Notes: generated by a model not told the origin, from the sequence alone. A stretch of DNA of 64,000 nt from Candidatus Latescibacterota bacterium (GCA_965205485.1 OZ242180.1:4960001-5024000); one strand, 5' to 3'; counted from the first letter of the stretch, positions 10,219 through 19,922 are shown. Made by a program: numbers and translations.

Positions 10219-10247
10219 AAGATATCGACTATGTTTGAAATTGTCAA
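10219..10247 (-). promoter_or_regulatory. sigma70-type promoter
   Basis: TTGACA-17 nt-TATCTT on minus strand. Confidence 0.55.
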
Positions 10248-10569
10248 GAATTACTGGAAAATTGGACTGATTACGAATTCGGTTCGAGGCAGAGTCCGCA
10301 CCGCAAACGTACGCAACAAGAGCGCGGGAGGCCGTAACTACTGCGGTTCCTTTCTTTGGGCGTCCAATCGGCTACGTGGTCAAATTCACTGCGGATTTTG
10401 CATTGAGGTTCAGCATTGAAGGCACGTTGAATGAAAGGCTTGATCGGAAGTGCCGGGTAGTGGGACAAGTGGTGGGTCATTGTGTTTGGTCTGCTTTTTG
10501 TCTTGCGCTGTTACTGGTGATGTAGCGGATGGAATAAAAACAGAGGCGTGCAGGTCGTACCTTTCACAC

Positions 10570-11673
10570 TCATGCTCGCTCCTTGTATCTCTTCGCTTCC
10601 TTCCTCGCAACCTCAAACGCGTTCTTTCCGCGCTTGTTGAGAACCGTCGGATCGGCGCCGGCCTCGAGCAGGGCTTCCGCAGCGGCGACCCGGCCCTCGT
10701 ACATTGCGCGATGGAGCGGCGTGCGTCCCTTCCGGTCCTGCGTGTTCAGGTCGACGCCGCGCTCAGCAAGCAGTCGTATTGTCTCCACCCTATTGCCCTC
10801 GGCTGCCAGCTGCAGCGGTGTGCGCCTCGCCTTGTTCAGGGCGTCGACGTGGACGCCGCAGGCCAGCAATATCTCCGTACACGCCTTCGACCCGGCACGC
10901 ACGGCCCAATGCAGCGGCGTCATTCCATAGCCATCGGCTGCGTTTGCGACGTCCGGGTCCCGTTCAATGAGTTCATTCAGTCGAGAGGTGTCGTCGAGGG
11001 CGCACGCCGAGTACACGTCGTAGTATGCCCCGTCTTCGATGAGGATCCGCGCAACCGCCAGCCCGCGTTCCTGCCACGATCCGTCCTTTCCCCCGGGACT
11101 CGACGCGACGGCCTCCTGAAGGGAGGTCGTTCCCCGTTCGCCGTTTCCCTTGATTGGAAGTTCATGGTGAACGCCGGCGCCGTACTGAATGAAGAGGCGG
11201 GCACAGTCCGGATACCACCCGGCGGCCGCCCAGTACATCAGCGAGAGGTTGTCGGGCCACCCCACGTGCGGTTTTTTAATCGATACGCACGTCGCGTCCG
11301 CCGCGCCCGATTCGAAGACCGCCCGCAGCGTATCGACCATCCCTCCCCACGCCGCCTCGTGCAGGACGTTGTAGGACGAACCGTCGATCTCGAGCGCCAC
11401 CCCGCGTTCGAGGAGGAACGCAACCGCAGGCCCGCACCCCCTCATTCCGATCAGCACCTGCAGCAACCGGCCGCCAATGCGCTTCAGAACCTGAGGCTCC
11501 GCAGCAAGGATCTCCGACATACGCTCGATCTCGGGTTCTCCCTCCCAGCGTTTCGGCGCCGGCCCCATCGATGCCGCGATGAACTGCTGCTCAACGGTCG
11601 TGAGATCCAGTTTCGCTTCGTGGCGCAGGAACCAATTTTTTTCGAAGAGGCTTACTGACTGTGTTGTCTTCAT
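10570..11673 (-). CDS. Ankyrin-repeat protein
   Basis: Multiple G.TPLH.A...G....V..LL..GAD repeats. Confidence 0.9.
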   Translation of the reverse strand: MKTTQSVSLFEKNWFLRHEAKLDLTTVEQQFIAASMGPAPKRWEGEPEIERMSEILAAEPQVLKRIGGRLLQVLIGMRGCGPAVAFLLERGVALEIDGSSYNVLHEAAWGGMVDTLRAVFESGAADATCVSIKKPHVGWPDNLSLMYWAAAGWYPDCARLFIQYGAGVHHELPIKGNGERGTTSLQEAVASSPGGKDGSWQERGLAVARILIEDGAYYDVYSACALDDTSRLNELIERDPDVANAADGYGMTPLHWAVRAGSKACTEILLACGVHVDALNKARRTPLQLAAEGNRVETIRLLAERGVDLNTQDRKGRTPLHRAMYEGRVAAAEALLEAGADPTVLNKRGKNAFEVARKEAKRYKERA

Positions 11674-12045
11674 TGTTTCGCCCTCACGTTATCCAATCCC
11701 GGTCGAAGAAAGCAACACTCGAAATATACCCAAAAGGGTCGGCAGTTTCCCAGTTCTTTTGAGTATACCCGACTCCCGCGTCCGTGACAGGTGTGGACGG
11801 ATCTTTCCTTCCGAAATGACAGCTTTGAACGAATTGTACGCCATCGCCGACGGATTGGTGTCGCGATATGGCGAAGCGCCCTTGTTTCAACTGTAAACGG
11901 ACCTCTCTCGTCCTAACGGAACGGCGTTTGCTTATTGGTCACAGCACGCGAACTGACAGTTCGCGTTACGGTCGGTATCTGTATTCGGGCGTGAGTTACA
12001 GAAAGTCGGCGTCCACCCACGGACCTGCGGAAGGATAACGACAAT

Positions 12046-12735
12046 ATGGAAGTACTGATACGAGGCCGCGGAATCGACGGCGTCGCGGACGTGGACCTTC
12101 CTCGCGAGAAACTGGAACGGCTCGGCGCCGAAGCGTTGAGAAACGAGGAATTGCTGGCGGTGCTGCTGCGGACCGGGTATGAAGGCAAGAACGTGCTGGA
12201 GGTCGCCGGGGAGATCCTGAAACAGCACTCGCCGCAGGCGCTCATGGCGATGGGACTGGCGGAATTGACGGCAATCAAGGGAATTGGCCGCGCAAAGGCC
12301 GCGGGCCTTGTCTCCGGGTTCGAGCTGTCGAGGCGGGCGTTGAACCAGGGGATGGGCATCGAGCCGTCGATAACGAAACCGGCCGACGCGGTCGGGCTGC
12401 TGTCGGAATTCAAGGACCGGCGAAGAGAACACTTCGTGGCCGTCTTCCTGAATGCCAGGAACCAGGTCATCTGCAGGGAGGAGGTGTCGGTGGGATCGCT
12501 GAACGCGTCGCTGGTTCATCCTCGCGAGGTGTTTTTCCCCGCCGTAGGCTCGTCCGCGGCCAGCGTCATCCTCGCGCACAACCACCCTTCCGGCGACGTG
12601 ACGCCCAGCCGGGAGGACATTGAACTGACCCGGCGGATGGTGCAGGCCGGTGAAATCATGGGGATCGAAGTACTGGATCATATCATTCTGGGGGCCGAGC
12701 GGTTCCTGAGCATGAAGGAAGCGGACCTGTTCTGA
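12046..12735 (+). CDS. radC: DNA repair protein RadC (JAB domain)
   Basis: PREKL...G...L...ELLA.LL.TG, HhH KGIG.AKA, VHPREVF, AHNHPSGD..PS..D, LDHII. Confidence 0.95.
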   Translation: MEVLIRGRGIDGVADVDLPREKLERLGAEALRNEELLAVLLRTGYEGKNVLEVAGEILKQHSPQALMAMGLAELTAIKGIGRAKAAGLVSGFELSRRALNQGMGIEPSITKPADAVGLLSEFKDRRREHFVAVFLNARNQVICREEVSVGSLNASLVHPREVFFPAVGSSAASVILAHNHPSGDVTPSREDIELTRRMVQAGEIMGIEVLDHIILGAERFLSMKEADLF

Positions 12736-13016
12736 ATAAGCCAAAGGGAAGGCGCATCGCGAATTGCACGCGACACGCCCGTTCTCCGGGTGACGATAAT
12801 GGAAGGGCATCGGTTCGTTCCGGCAGGACGGCCTTGAATCCTGTTTCACAAGACGGCCTGACATGCGTTATATTGTGGACATCGATACCTGGCATCAATT
12901 GGAAAAAATACAACTGCCAATCGGTCAAAAAGAGCCTGAATGCGGGCAATCTCTCCCCTCTCCCGTCCTTCTCACCCGGTGGTCGGGCGGCCGGGGGTGA
13001 GGTGTGGAGGTGTGTT

Positions 13017-13802
13017 TTGGCCGTGATTACGTTGACAACGGATTTCGGGCTTCGCGACGGCTACGTGGCAGCGATGAAGGGCGCGATCCTCGCGGTCGCG
13101 CCTGAGGTCTCTCTGGTGGATGTTTCCCATCAGGTCCCCCCGCAGGACGTGGCCTCCGGGGCCTATCTCCTGGCCGGCGCATATTGCTATTTTCCGGCGG
13201 GCGCGGTCCATCTCGCGGTTGTGGACCCCGGTGTGGGAAGCGCCCGCCGCGGGATTGTGGTGGAAACGGCAGGCTACCGGTTTGTCGGTCCGGACAACGG
13301 ATTGTTCAGCGCCGTGTTCCAGCGGGAATCCGAGTGGAACGCCGTTGAGATACGCAATGCGGCGTATTTCAGGCCTGAGGTGAGCCCCACCTTTCACGGC
13401 CGTGATATCTTCGGTCCGGTCGCGGCCCATCTGTACAACGGCGTCCCGCCGGCCGACCTGGGACCGCGGATCGCCGATCCGGTCCGTCTCGACCTCTGGA
13501 CGGTTCAGGAAGGCGATGCCGGGGTAATCGGGAGGATCGTACACGTGGACCATTTCGGAAATGCGATCAGTAATCTCGAAAAACGGAGCGTGGGGGGCGG
13601 CGATGTCCGCGTCCGTGTCGGAGAATGTGTGTTCGACGGAATCTGCCACACGTATGCCGACGTTCCGGAGGGCGAGGCGCTGGTCCTGTATGGAAGCGAC
13701 GACACGCTGGAGGTTGCTGTAAACGGAGGGAATGCCGCCAGGAAACTGGGGTTGCGAAGGGGCGATCGGATAACCGCGGACTTCGGACCGGATTACGTTT
13801 AA
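13017..13802 (+). CDS. SAM hydroxide adenosyltransferase (DUF62, chlorinase/fluorinase superfamily)
   Basis: ITLTTDFG, VVDPGVGS.RR, GPDNG, TFHGRDIF, VDHFGN; TTG start after ggagg. Confidence 0.9.
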   Translation: MAVITLTTDFGLRDGYVAAMKGAILAVAPEVSLVDVSHQVPPQDVASGAYLLAGAYCYFPAGAVHLAVVDPGVGSARRGIVVETAGYRFVGPDNGLFSAVFQRESEWNAVEIRNAAYFRPEVSPTFHGRDIFGPVAAHLYNGVPPADLGPRIADPVRLDLWTVQEGDAGVIGRIVHVDHFGNAISNLEKRSVGGGDVRVRVGECVFDGICHTYADVPEGEALVLYGSDDTLEVAVNGGNAARKLGLRRGDRITADFGPDYV

Positions 13803-13815
13803 TCTCTCGTTCATC

Positions 13816-14508
13816 TCAGAGCAGCAGGTCCAGCAGGTCCTTCAGGCGGTTCAGTTCGTGGTCCGGTCGTTCCTCGGGGGTTCCAGGGCGCTTGTCTTTC
13901 TGTCTTCCGAAACACAGACGCGCCGTGCGCATGCCCAGGCGTTTCGACGCGGCGATTTCCGAGTTCAGCTTGTCCCCCACCGACAGGATACGGCAGGGTG
14001 AAAGGTTGAAATACCGGGCCGCCCGTCGAAGCGCCTCGTCTTTTTCGGGGGCCCTTCGGTCGTCGTGGAGGATGAGCGTGCCTGATTCCTCGCTGAAATG
14101 GCCGCGAAGGCCCAGGAGGTCCACCTTCCGTCGCTGCCTCTCCGGCCGGCCGGTGGTCACGAGGCACAGCCGGTATTGCCGGGCAGTAAGTTCGTCGAGC
14201 GTTGAGAGCGCGTCCGGAAAGGGCGCGATGTCTTCCACCTGGTCCCGATTGTACGCCGAAAGCGCGCTTTCCACCACGTCCGCCGGCAGTTCGTGGCGTT
14301 GGGCGATTTCCCTGATGGAATCGGCGGAACTCAATTGACCGGCGAGTTCCGCCTGCAGGCGTTGCAGGGCCGGCGCGTCTGAACCGGGAATGGCCGCAGA
14401 AAGCGTTTCAGCCGCACGGCGGCGCGCCGGTTCGGTCAATTGCCCGGTGCAGTCGAACAGCGTGTCGTCCAGGTCGAAGATGACGGCCTCAATCCCGCGC
14501 CGCGCCAT
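13816..14508 (-). CDS. HAD-superfamily hydrolase
   Basis: Motif I IFDLDDTL, motif II LVTTG, K, motif IV VGDK..SEI. Confidence 0.85.
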   Translation of the reverse strand: MARRGIEAVIFDLDDTLFDCTGQLTEPARRRAAETLSAAIPGSDAPALQRLQAELAGQLSSADSIREIAQRHELPADVVESALSAYNRDQVEDIAPFPDALSTLDELTARQYRLCLVTTGRPERQRRKVDLLGLRGHFSEESGTLILHDDRRAPEKDEALRRAARYFNLSPCRILSVGDKLNSEIAASKRLGMRTARLCFGRQKDKRPGTPEERPDHELNRLKDLLDLLL

Positions 14509-16465
14509 TGTCCATTTCCCCGTAGTCGGGCACCACCAGCCCACAGTAGATGCGGCAAACGGCGTCGGCCACCTTGTCGGGGTTGTGGCTGATGAAGTCG
14601 CCGGCGCTGCGCCTCTTCACCTCGGACGTGTAGTCCTCAAGAAGATCCGTAACCGTGCAGTTCACAAGACGACGGATCGCTTCCGGATCACACGACACGG
14701 ATTCCTTTCCGTCCCGATGGTAGGCATTCAGCACCTGCCGCCACTTCAGGCCGCCCGGCCTTTGGAATGCTTCCGGATCCTGCACAAGCATTTGATCCAG
14801 AAAGCCGCTTTCCCTTTCAGGGAAGTGCCTCAGGATGGCGCGCAGGTGATCCGAAGCGCCAAATCCGTCCGTCTGGCCAGGCTGGGTCACGATGTTGCAG
14901 ATATAGAAGACCTTTCCGTGGTTGCGGGCGGACAGCGTGCGCCGGATGTCCGGAACGAGCAGATTCGTGATTACGCTCGTGAAGAGGCTACCAGGGCCGA
15001 GGACCACAATATCCGCGTCCGCGATGGCCTGCACGGCGCCGCGCGGCGCGCGGGCTTCGTTCCTGGCAGGGCGGAAGGTGCTGTCGGGTCTGGCGTAAAC
15101 CTCGACCTGACCCGTTTTCGAATCGTCTTCCCTATACAGCGCGCCGTCCGGTTGTTCCAACTCCCTGAGGATGTCGCCGTTGGCGACGAGGTACGCGTAC
15201 TTTAACGGTGATTTCCCGGTTTTGCGTACCATCCACTCTGTGTACCGCTGTTCGCCGTTTTCGAGTTCGGCGCATATGTCCACGTTCTGGTTGGTGGCGG
15301 GAAAGACCTCGCCGCGTATGCGCAGCATATCGCCGGCTGTCTGGATGGCCTTCTGAAAATCACCGAGTTGCTGGGTCAGCGCGGCGATCAGGAAGTTGCC
15401 GATGTTGTCGTTCCGGAAGATCCCGGCTTCCGGTTCGCTGTTCGGAAACCGGTGCTGAAACACCCGGATCAGCCCGGAGGAGACCCGACGTCGGTCGGCG
15501 AGCGCGGTCAACGCGTTGCGGATGTCCCCGGGCGGCTGTACACCCAGATTCCAGCGGATGCGTCCCGAGGAGGCCCCGGTGTCCGTAACCGCCACCACGG
15601 CCGCGGGGCTGTCGGTATAGGTCTGGATCCCCCGCAGTACGATTGGGAGACCGGTGCCGCCGCCCAAAGCGGCCACTTTCAGCCGGCGCCGGTCCTTGTC
15701 CATGCGGGCCAGATGAATCAGGGTGGACAGCTGCGGGAGGAGGCGGATCTGATGGGTTGGACGGTCGCCCTCGCCGGGCTCCTCCTCTGCGTATCTCCCG
15801 CGCCGCATCCAGACCGTCGTGCAACCCAGTCGGTTGCCCGCCCGAATCTCATCCTGGGCCCGGTCGCCTACACAGACAACCTCCTCCGGCGAGAGTTTGT
15901 GGGCCTTGATGAGTTCGGCGAACCAGTAGTCGTGAGAAGGCGGGCCTTCGTTGACGATCGTGTGGAAATACGGCGCGATGTTCAGAAGGTCAATCTTGTT
16001 TTTTTGCCGAAGCGCCCTTCCGAATGTCACAAGGAAGAGCAGACATCCCGCGTCGCGAAGCTCCTTCAGGGTCTGGACCGCGCCCGGAAAGAGCCTGACG
16101 TCTTCAACGGCCTCGCTGTTGTAGACGTATTCGAGCTCGGCAACAAAGGCTTCGATGGTATCGGCGTCTTCCAGGCTTCGATGACTGGGGCGCTGGGTGT
16201 TGATATAGTCGGCGAGGCGGTCGGGCTTGTCGCGCTGGAGGGCTTTCGCGATGTCGTAGAAGGCGAAATAATACGGAGACGAAGAATAATAGGGACCGTG
16301 CCGCAGTTCCAGGTCGTTGATCCGGCTGAGGGCGTAGGATTCGGAGGCAAAGAACCCATGGACGTACAAATGCCGCGCGACCCGTTTACGTGCGGCCTGA
16401 ACCAGCGGATCCAGATCGAAGAGCGTTCCGTCCAGATCGAAGATGATCGCGCGGGTATTTTTCAT
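14489..16465 (-). CDS. Fusion: N-terminal HAD hydrolase + C-terminal YvcK/GlmR (CofD-like) domain
   Basis: IFDLDGTL...LVT.G...VGDR..DEI then LGGGTGL, VTDTGASSGR, PPGDIRN, GPGSLFTS, N..TQPGQTDG. Confidence 0.85.
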   Translation of the reverse strand: MKNTRAIIFDLDGTLFDLDPLVQAARKRVARHLYVHGFFASESYALSRINDLELRHGPYYSSSPYYFAFYDIAKALQRDKPDRLADYINTQRPSHRSLEDADTIEAFVAELEYVYNSEAVEDVRLFPGAVQTLKELRDAGCLLFLVTFGRALRQKNKIDLLNIAPYFHTIVNEGPPSHDYWFAELIKAHKLSPEEVVCVGDRAQDEIRAGNRLGCTTVWMRRGRYAEEEPGEGDRPTHQIRLLPQLSTLIHLARMDKDRRRLKVAALGGGTGLPIVLRGIQTYTDSPAAVVAVTDTGASSGRIRWNLGVQPPGDIRNALTALADRRRVSSGLIRVFQHRFPNSEPEAGIFRNDNIGNFLIAALTQQLGDFQKAIQTAGDMLRIRGEVFPATNQNVDICAELENGEQRYTEWMVRKTGKSPLKYAYLVANGDILRELEQPDGALYREDDSKTGQVEVYARPDSTFRPARNEARAPRGAVQAIADADIVVLGPGSLFTSVITNLLVPDIRRTLSARNHGKVFYICNIVTQPGQTDGFGASDHLRAILRHFPERESGFLDQMLVQDPEAFQRPGGLKWRQVLNAYHRDGKESVSCDPEAIRRLVNCTVTDLLEDYTSEVKRRSAGDFISHNPDKVADAVCRIYCGLVVPDYGEMDNGAARD

Positions 16466-16581
16466 GGATGACGTCTGGGATCGGGCGCGGTGTGCAAATG
16501 CGGAGAGACGGAGCCAACTCGATCAATACCGGCAATGCAGGCACACGCGGCAGATCGCGTTGAGAGGGAGAATGTATCGCC

Positions 16582-17415
16582 ATGAAGCTGCTTTTGCAAG
16601 CCATTTCTCGCTATTTCAGCGGCATGGACGTGAACCGGGACGCTTTCCTACATCTCATTCAATCCGCAAGCGAATCCGTTAAGGCCTTCGTATACCCTCC
16701 GCACTGTCTGCTATGCAGAACGCCGTTGGACGAATCAGATGGGCTTTGCCCGGGGTGCTGGGAATCCCTGGGCATTATCAGCGGTCCGCGGTGCGGCCGC
16801 TGCGGGTGTCCCGGGCTTTCCCGACCCTGTACGAATTGCGCCGACAAGGATTATGTTTTCTCCCGGTTGTTTGCGCTCACGGCGTTCAGCCGTTCGGTGC
16901 AGCGCTTGGTCCACATGATGAAATACCAGGGTCAGACCGCTGTCGGCCAGACCCTCGGCCGGGCGTTGGGTCGGATGTTGGAAGGGGAATCCCTGGCGGA
17001 ACCCAGGCCCGCGGTGGTGCCGGTGCCGCTTCACGGAAGCAGGTTGCGGGAACGCGGCTACAACCAGAGCTCATTGATTGCGCGGTCGCTGGCGCGGGAG
17101 CTGGAACTGTCCGTTGAGGACCGCGCGCTGAGGCGGGTACGCGCCACCGAAACACAGACGAATCTTGACTCCGCAAAGCGCGGCGCTAACATGCAGGGCG
17201 CCTTTGTCGTGCGCCGAAGGGACCTGGTCAGCCAACGCCGGGTCCTGCTGGTGGACGACGTGGTCACCACCGGCGCCACGGCCAATGCCTGCGCCGCGGC
17301 GCTGCTGGAGGCAGGCGCGTCCGAAGTCGACGTCGCGGCCTTTGCGTGTCCCTATTTCGACGCCGAAGAACCCGATGACAAGGTGGTCGCCGCGGGCACT
17401 GATCTTTTTATCTAA
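16582..17415 (+). CDS. comF: ComF family protein (double zinc ribbon + PRTase)
   Basis: CxxC pairs, VPVPLH..R..ERGYNQS, LLVDDVVTTGAT; true start may be slightly downstream. Confidence 0.9.
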   Translation: MKLLLQAISRYFSGMDVNRDAFLHLIQSASESVKAFVYPPHCLLCRTPLDESDGLCPGCWESLGIISGPRCGRCGCPGLSRPCTNCADKDYVFSRLFALTAFSRSVQRLVHMMKYQGQTAVGQTLGRALGRMLEGESLAEPRPAVVPVPLHGSRLRERGYNQSSLIARSLARELELSVEDRALRRVRATETQTNLDSAKRGANMQGAFVVRRRDLVSQRRVLLVDDVVTTGATANACAAALLEAGASEVDVAAFACPYFDAEEPDDKVVAAGTDLFI

Positions 17416-17450
17416 CGCATTGATTCCAAACGCTTTGAGAAAAAAACAAC

Positions 17451-17479
17451 TTGACACAAGGCAAGGCATGTCTTAAATT
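17451..17479 (+). promoter_or_regulatory. sigma70-type promoter of the glycolysis cluster
   Basis: TTGACA-17 nt-TAAATT. Confidence 0.55.
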
Positions 17480-17583
17480 CACTGGTTCCAAACGAGTAGA
17501 ATCGCGGACAGGATACCGTGCAAACGGACCTTGTCCGCGTGACAGGTTATGGGGTTCAACCGGACGATGTACGGAGCGCTCCA

Positions 17584-18621
17584 ATGGCGTGCAGGCGCGT
17601 AGGGATTTTAACGGGCGGAGGCGATTGTCCCGGTCTGAACGCGGTAATCCGCGCGGTCACTCGGAAAGGGATCGACGCCTACGGATACGATATCGTAGGT
17701 GTGATGATGGGCTGGAGGGGGATGCTCGAGGCGGTTTCGATGCCGCTGGACCTGAATGCGGTCTCCGGTATTCTGCCCAGAGGAGGAACGATCCTGGGCA
17801 CCTCAAGGACCAACCCGTATAACGAGCCAAACGGCGGCGACATTGTCAAACAGAACATGGTCAGGATGGGTCTGGATGCGCTGATTGCCGTTGGCGGAGA
17901 CGACACGGTCGGTGTGGCCAGCAGGCTGTACGAAGACGGTGTGAACGTCATCGGCGTGCCGAAGACCATCGACAACGACCTGGATGGTACGGACCAGACC
18001 TTCGGTTTCGATACGGCAATCAATACGGTCACCGACGCCATCGACAGGCTGCATACCACGGCCGAGTCACACAACCGGGTAATGGTGGTTGAGGTGATGG
18101 GGCGTCATGCCGGATGGATCGCCGTGGAGGCGGGCATTGCGGGCGGCGCCGATATGGTTCTGATTCCCGAGCAGCCGGTCGACCTGGAAATGGTCTGTAC
18201 TTCCATCCAGAAACGCCACGACCGGGGCAAGACCTTCAGTATCGTGGTGGTGGCCGAGGGCGCAAGGCTTTCCGACGAATCCCTGGTACTCCAGTCCGAG
18301 GAACGCGATGCCTTCGGTCACGTGCGCCTTGGCGGGATTGGCATCGTACTCGGGGAAGAAATTGAAAGACGGACAGGTTTCGAAACCCGGGTGACCGTGC
18401 TGGGTCATATCCAGCGCGGTGGAAACCCGACTGCGTTCGATCGAGTCCTCGGCACCCGCTTCGGCATTGCCGCCATCGATCTCGTCCACACCGGCGATTT
18501 CGGAAATATGGTGGCGCTGCGCGGCACCGATATCGTGTCTGTGCCGCTGAAGGACGCGGTATCCAAGCTGCGTACGGTGGACAAGAACCTGTACGAAATC
18601 GCCAGGGTCTTTTTCGGCTGA
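17584..18621 (+). CDS. pfkA: 6-phosphofructokinase, PPi-type signature (group III)
   Basis: TGGGDCPGLNAVIR, GGTILGTSR, GGDDT, PKTIDND, EVMGRHAGW. Confidence 0.95.
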   Translation: MACRRVGILTGGGDCPGLNAVIRAVTRKGIDAYGYDIVGVMMGWRGMLEAVSMPLDLNAVSGILPRGGTILGTSRTNPYNEPNGGDIVKQNMVRMGLDALIAVGGDDTVGVASRLYEDGVNVIGVPKTIDNDLDGTDQTFGFDTAINTVTDAIDRLHTTAESHNRVMVVEVMGRHAGWIAVEAGIAGGADMVLIPEQPVDLEMVCTSIQKRHDRGKTFSIVVVAEGARLSDESLVLQSEERDAFGHVRLGGIGIVLGEEIERRTGFETRVTVLGHIQRGGNPTAFDRVLGTRFGIAAIDLVHTGDFGNMVALRGTDIVSVPLKDAVSKLRTVDKNLYEIARVFFG

Positions 18622-18734
18622 CCTCGAACTTCCGCGCGCGCTGATCCATCAACTGACCGTCAAATCATCATACCGGCTCGAATACCACCGGCGGCAATCG
18701 GCCGCGCGGTTCGTGTGACCTGGAGGTAGACAAG

Positions 18735-19742
18735 ATGGCGATCAATGTGGCCATTAACGGATTCGGACGTATCGGCCGGCTCGTGTTCCGTGCGGCGATG
18801 CGCAGACCCGGCATCGACGTCGTGGCGGTGAACGATCTGACCGACGCGGGGACGCTGGGACACCTGCTGAAATACGACTCGACGCACGGGAGATATCCCG
18901 GCAATGTTGAAATCAGGGAGAAATCGCTTGACGTGGACGGCAGCGAGGTCATCGTACTGGCCGAGCGCGACCCGGTGATGTTGCCATGGCGAACGCTCGG
19001 CGTGGACGTGGTCATCGAGTCAACGGGGTTCTTCACGGACAAGGACAGCGCCGGCAAGCACCTCAAAGCAGGCGCCGGCCGTGTGATTATCTCGGCCCCG
19101 GCCAGGGGCGACGTGCCGACTGTGGTGATGGGAATCAACCATGAAACGTTGACCGAACAGGACAGGGTGATTTCCAATGCATCCTGCACCACGAACTGCC
19201 TGGCCCCGATGGTAAGCGTACTGCATCAGTCATTCGGCGTAGAGAAGGGATTGATGACGACCATCCACGCCTATACCGGCGACCAGCGCATGATCGACGC
19301 GCCGCACACGGACTTGCGCAGGGCGAGGTCCGCGGCCCTGTCCATGATCCCGACGACAACCGGGGCTGCCAGCGCCGTGGGCAAAGTAATCCCCGAGTTG
19401 AACGGGAACCTGGACGGGATGGCCGTGCGGGTCCCAACGCCCGACGGCTCCTACACGGATTTCGTTGCGACGCTCAGGAACCCGGCGACAGCGGAGTCTG
19501 TCAACGAAGCGTTCAGGGCGGCTTCCGAGGGTCGGCTGAACGGCATTCTGGAGTTTTCGGACGAACCCCTGGTCTCGGCGGACATCATCGGCAATCCCCA
19601 TTCCTGCGTTTTCGATTCGGAAATGACAACGGTCATGGGCGGGAATATGGTAAAGGTGTGCGGCTGGTACGATAACGAGTGGGGGTATTCCTGCCGGTGC
19701 GTGGACCTCGTGGAGTCGCTAGGTACACGCTGGGTGGACTGA
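18735..19742 (+). CDS. gap: Type I glyceraldehyde-3-phosphate dehydrogenase
   Basis: INGFGRIGR, SNASCTTNCLAP, WYDNEWGY. Confidence 0.98.
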   Translation: MAINVAINGFGRIGRLVFRAAMRRPGIDVVAVNDLTDAGTLGHLLKYDSTHGRYPGNVEIREKSLDVDGSEVIVLAERDPVMLPWRTLGVDVVIESTGFFTDKDSAGKHLKAGAGRVIISAPARGDVPTVVMGINHETLTEQDRVISNASCTTNCLAPMVSVLHQSFGVEKGLMTTIHAYTGDQRMIDAPHTDLRRARSAALSMIPTTTGAASAVGKVIPELNGNLDGMAVRVPTPDGSYTDFVATLRNPATAESVNEAFRAASEGRLNGILEFSDEPLVSADIIGNPHSCVFDSEMTTVMGGNMVKVCGWYDNEWGYSCRCVDLVESLGTRWVD

Positions 19743-19922
19743 TAACCTCGGGAACAACCCGGCCGGCCGGAGTGCTGTCCAGCGCACCCGGGAGTTGACC
19801 AGATACGGATTCAGGAAGACCGCTTTCGGACAAACGTACCGAAAGCTCGCAAGCGGGAGCCGGACCCCGCGGGATGCCCGCGCGGGCCGGCTCCCTGTCT
19901 TATAACCGACAGGATAGATACC

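Noticed and set aside
9960..10560. Known riboswitch (c-di-GMP, T-box) or RfaH ops site in the exporter leader
   Set aside because: Consensus elements could not be matched by eye; an Rfam scan is needed
13017..13802. Fluorinase or chlorinase
   Set aside because: Has the Asp-Arg-His residues of DUF62 SAM hydrolases (VVDPGVG.RR, TFHGRD) and no halometabolite cluster context
19855..19895. Hairpin between gap and pgk as a novel ncRNA
   Set aside because: Single GC stem (gggagccgg/ccggctccc) typical of an intercistronic stabiliser or attenuator; no further evidence
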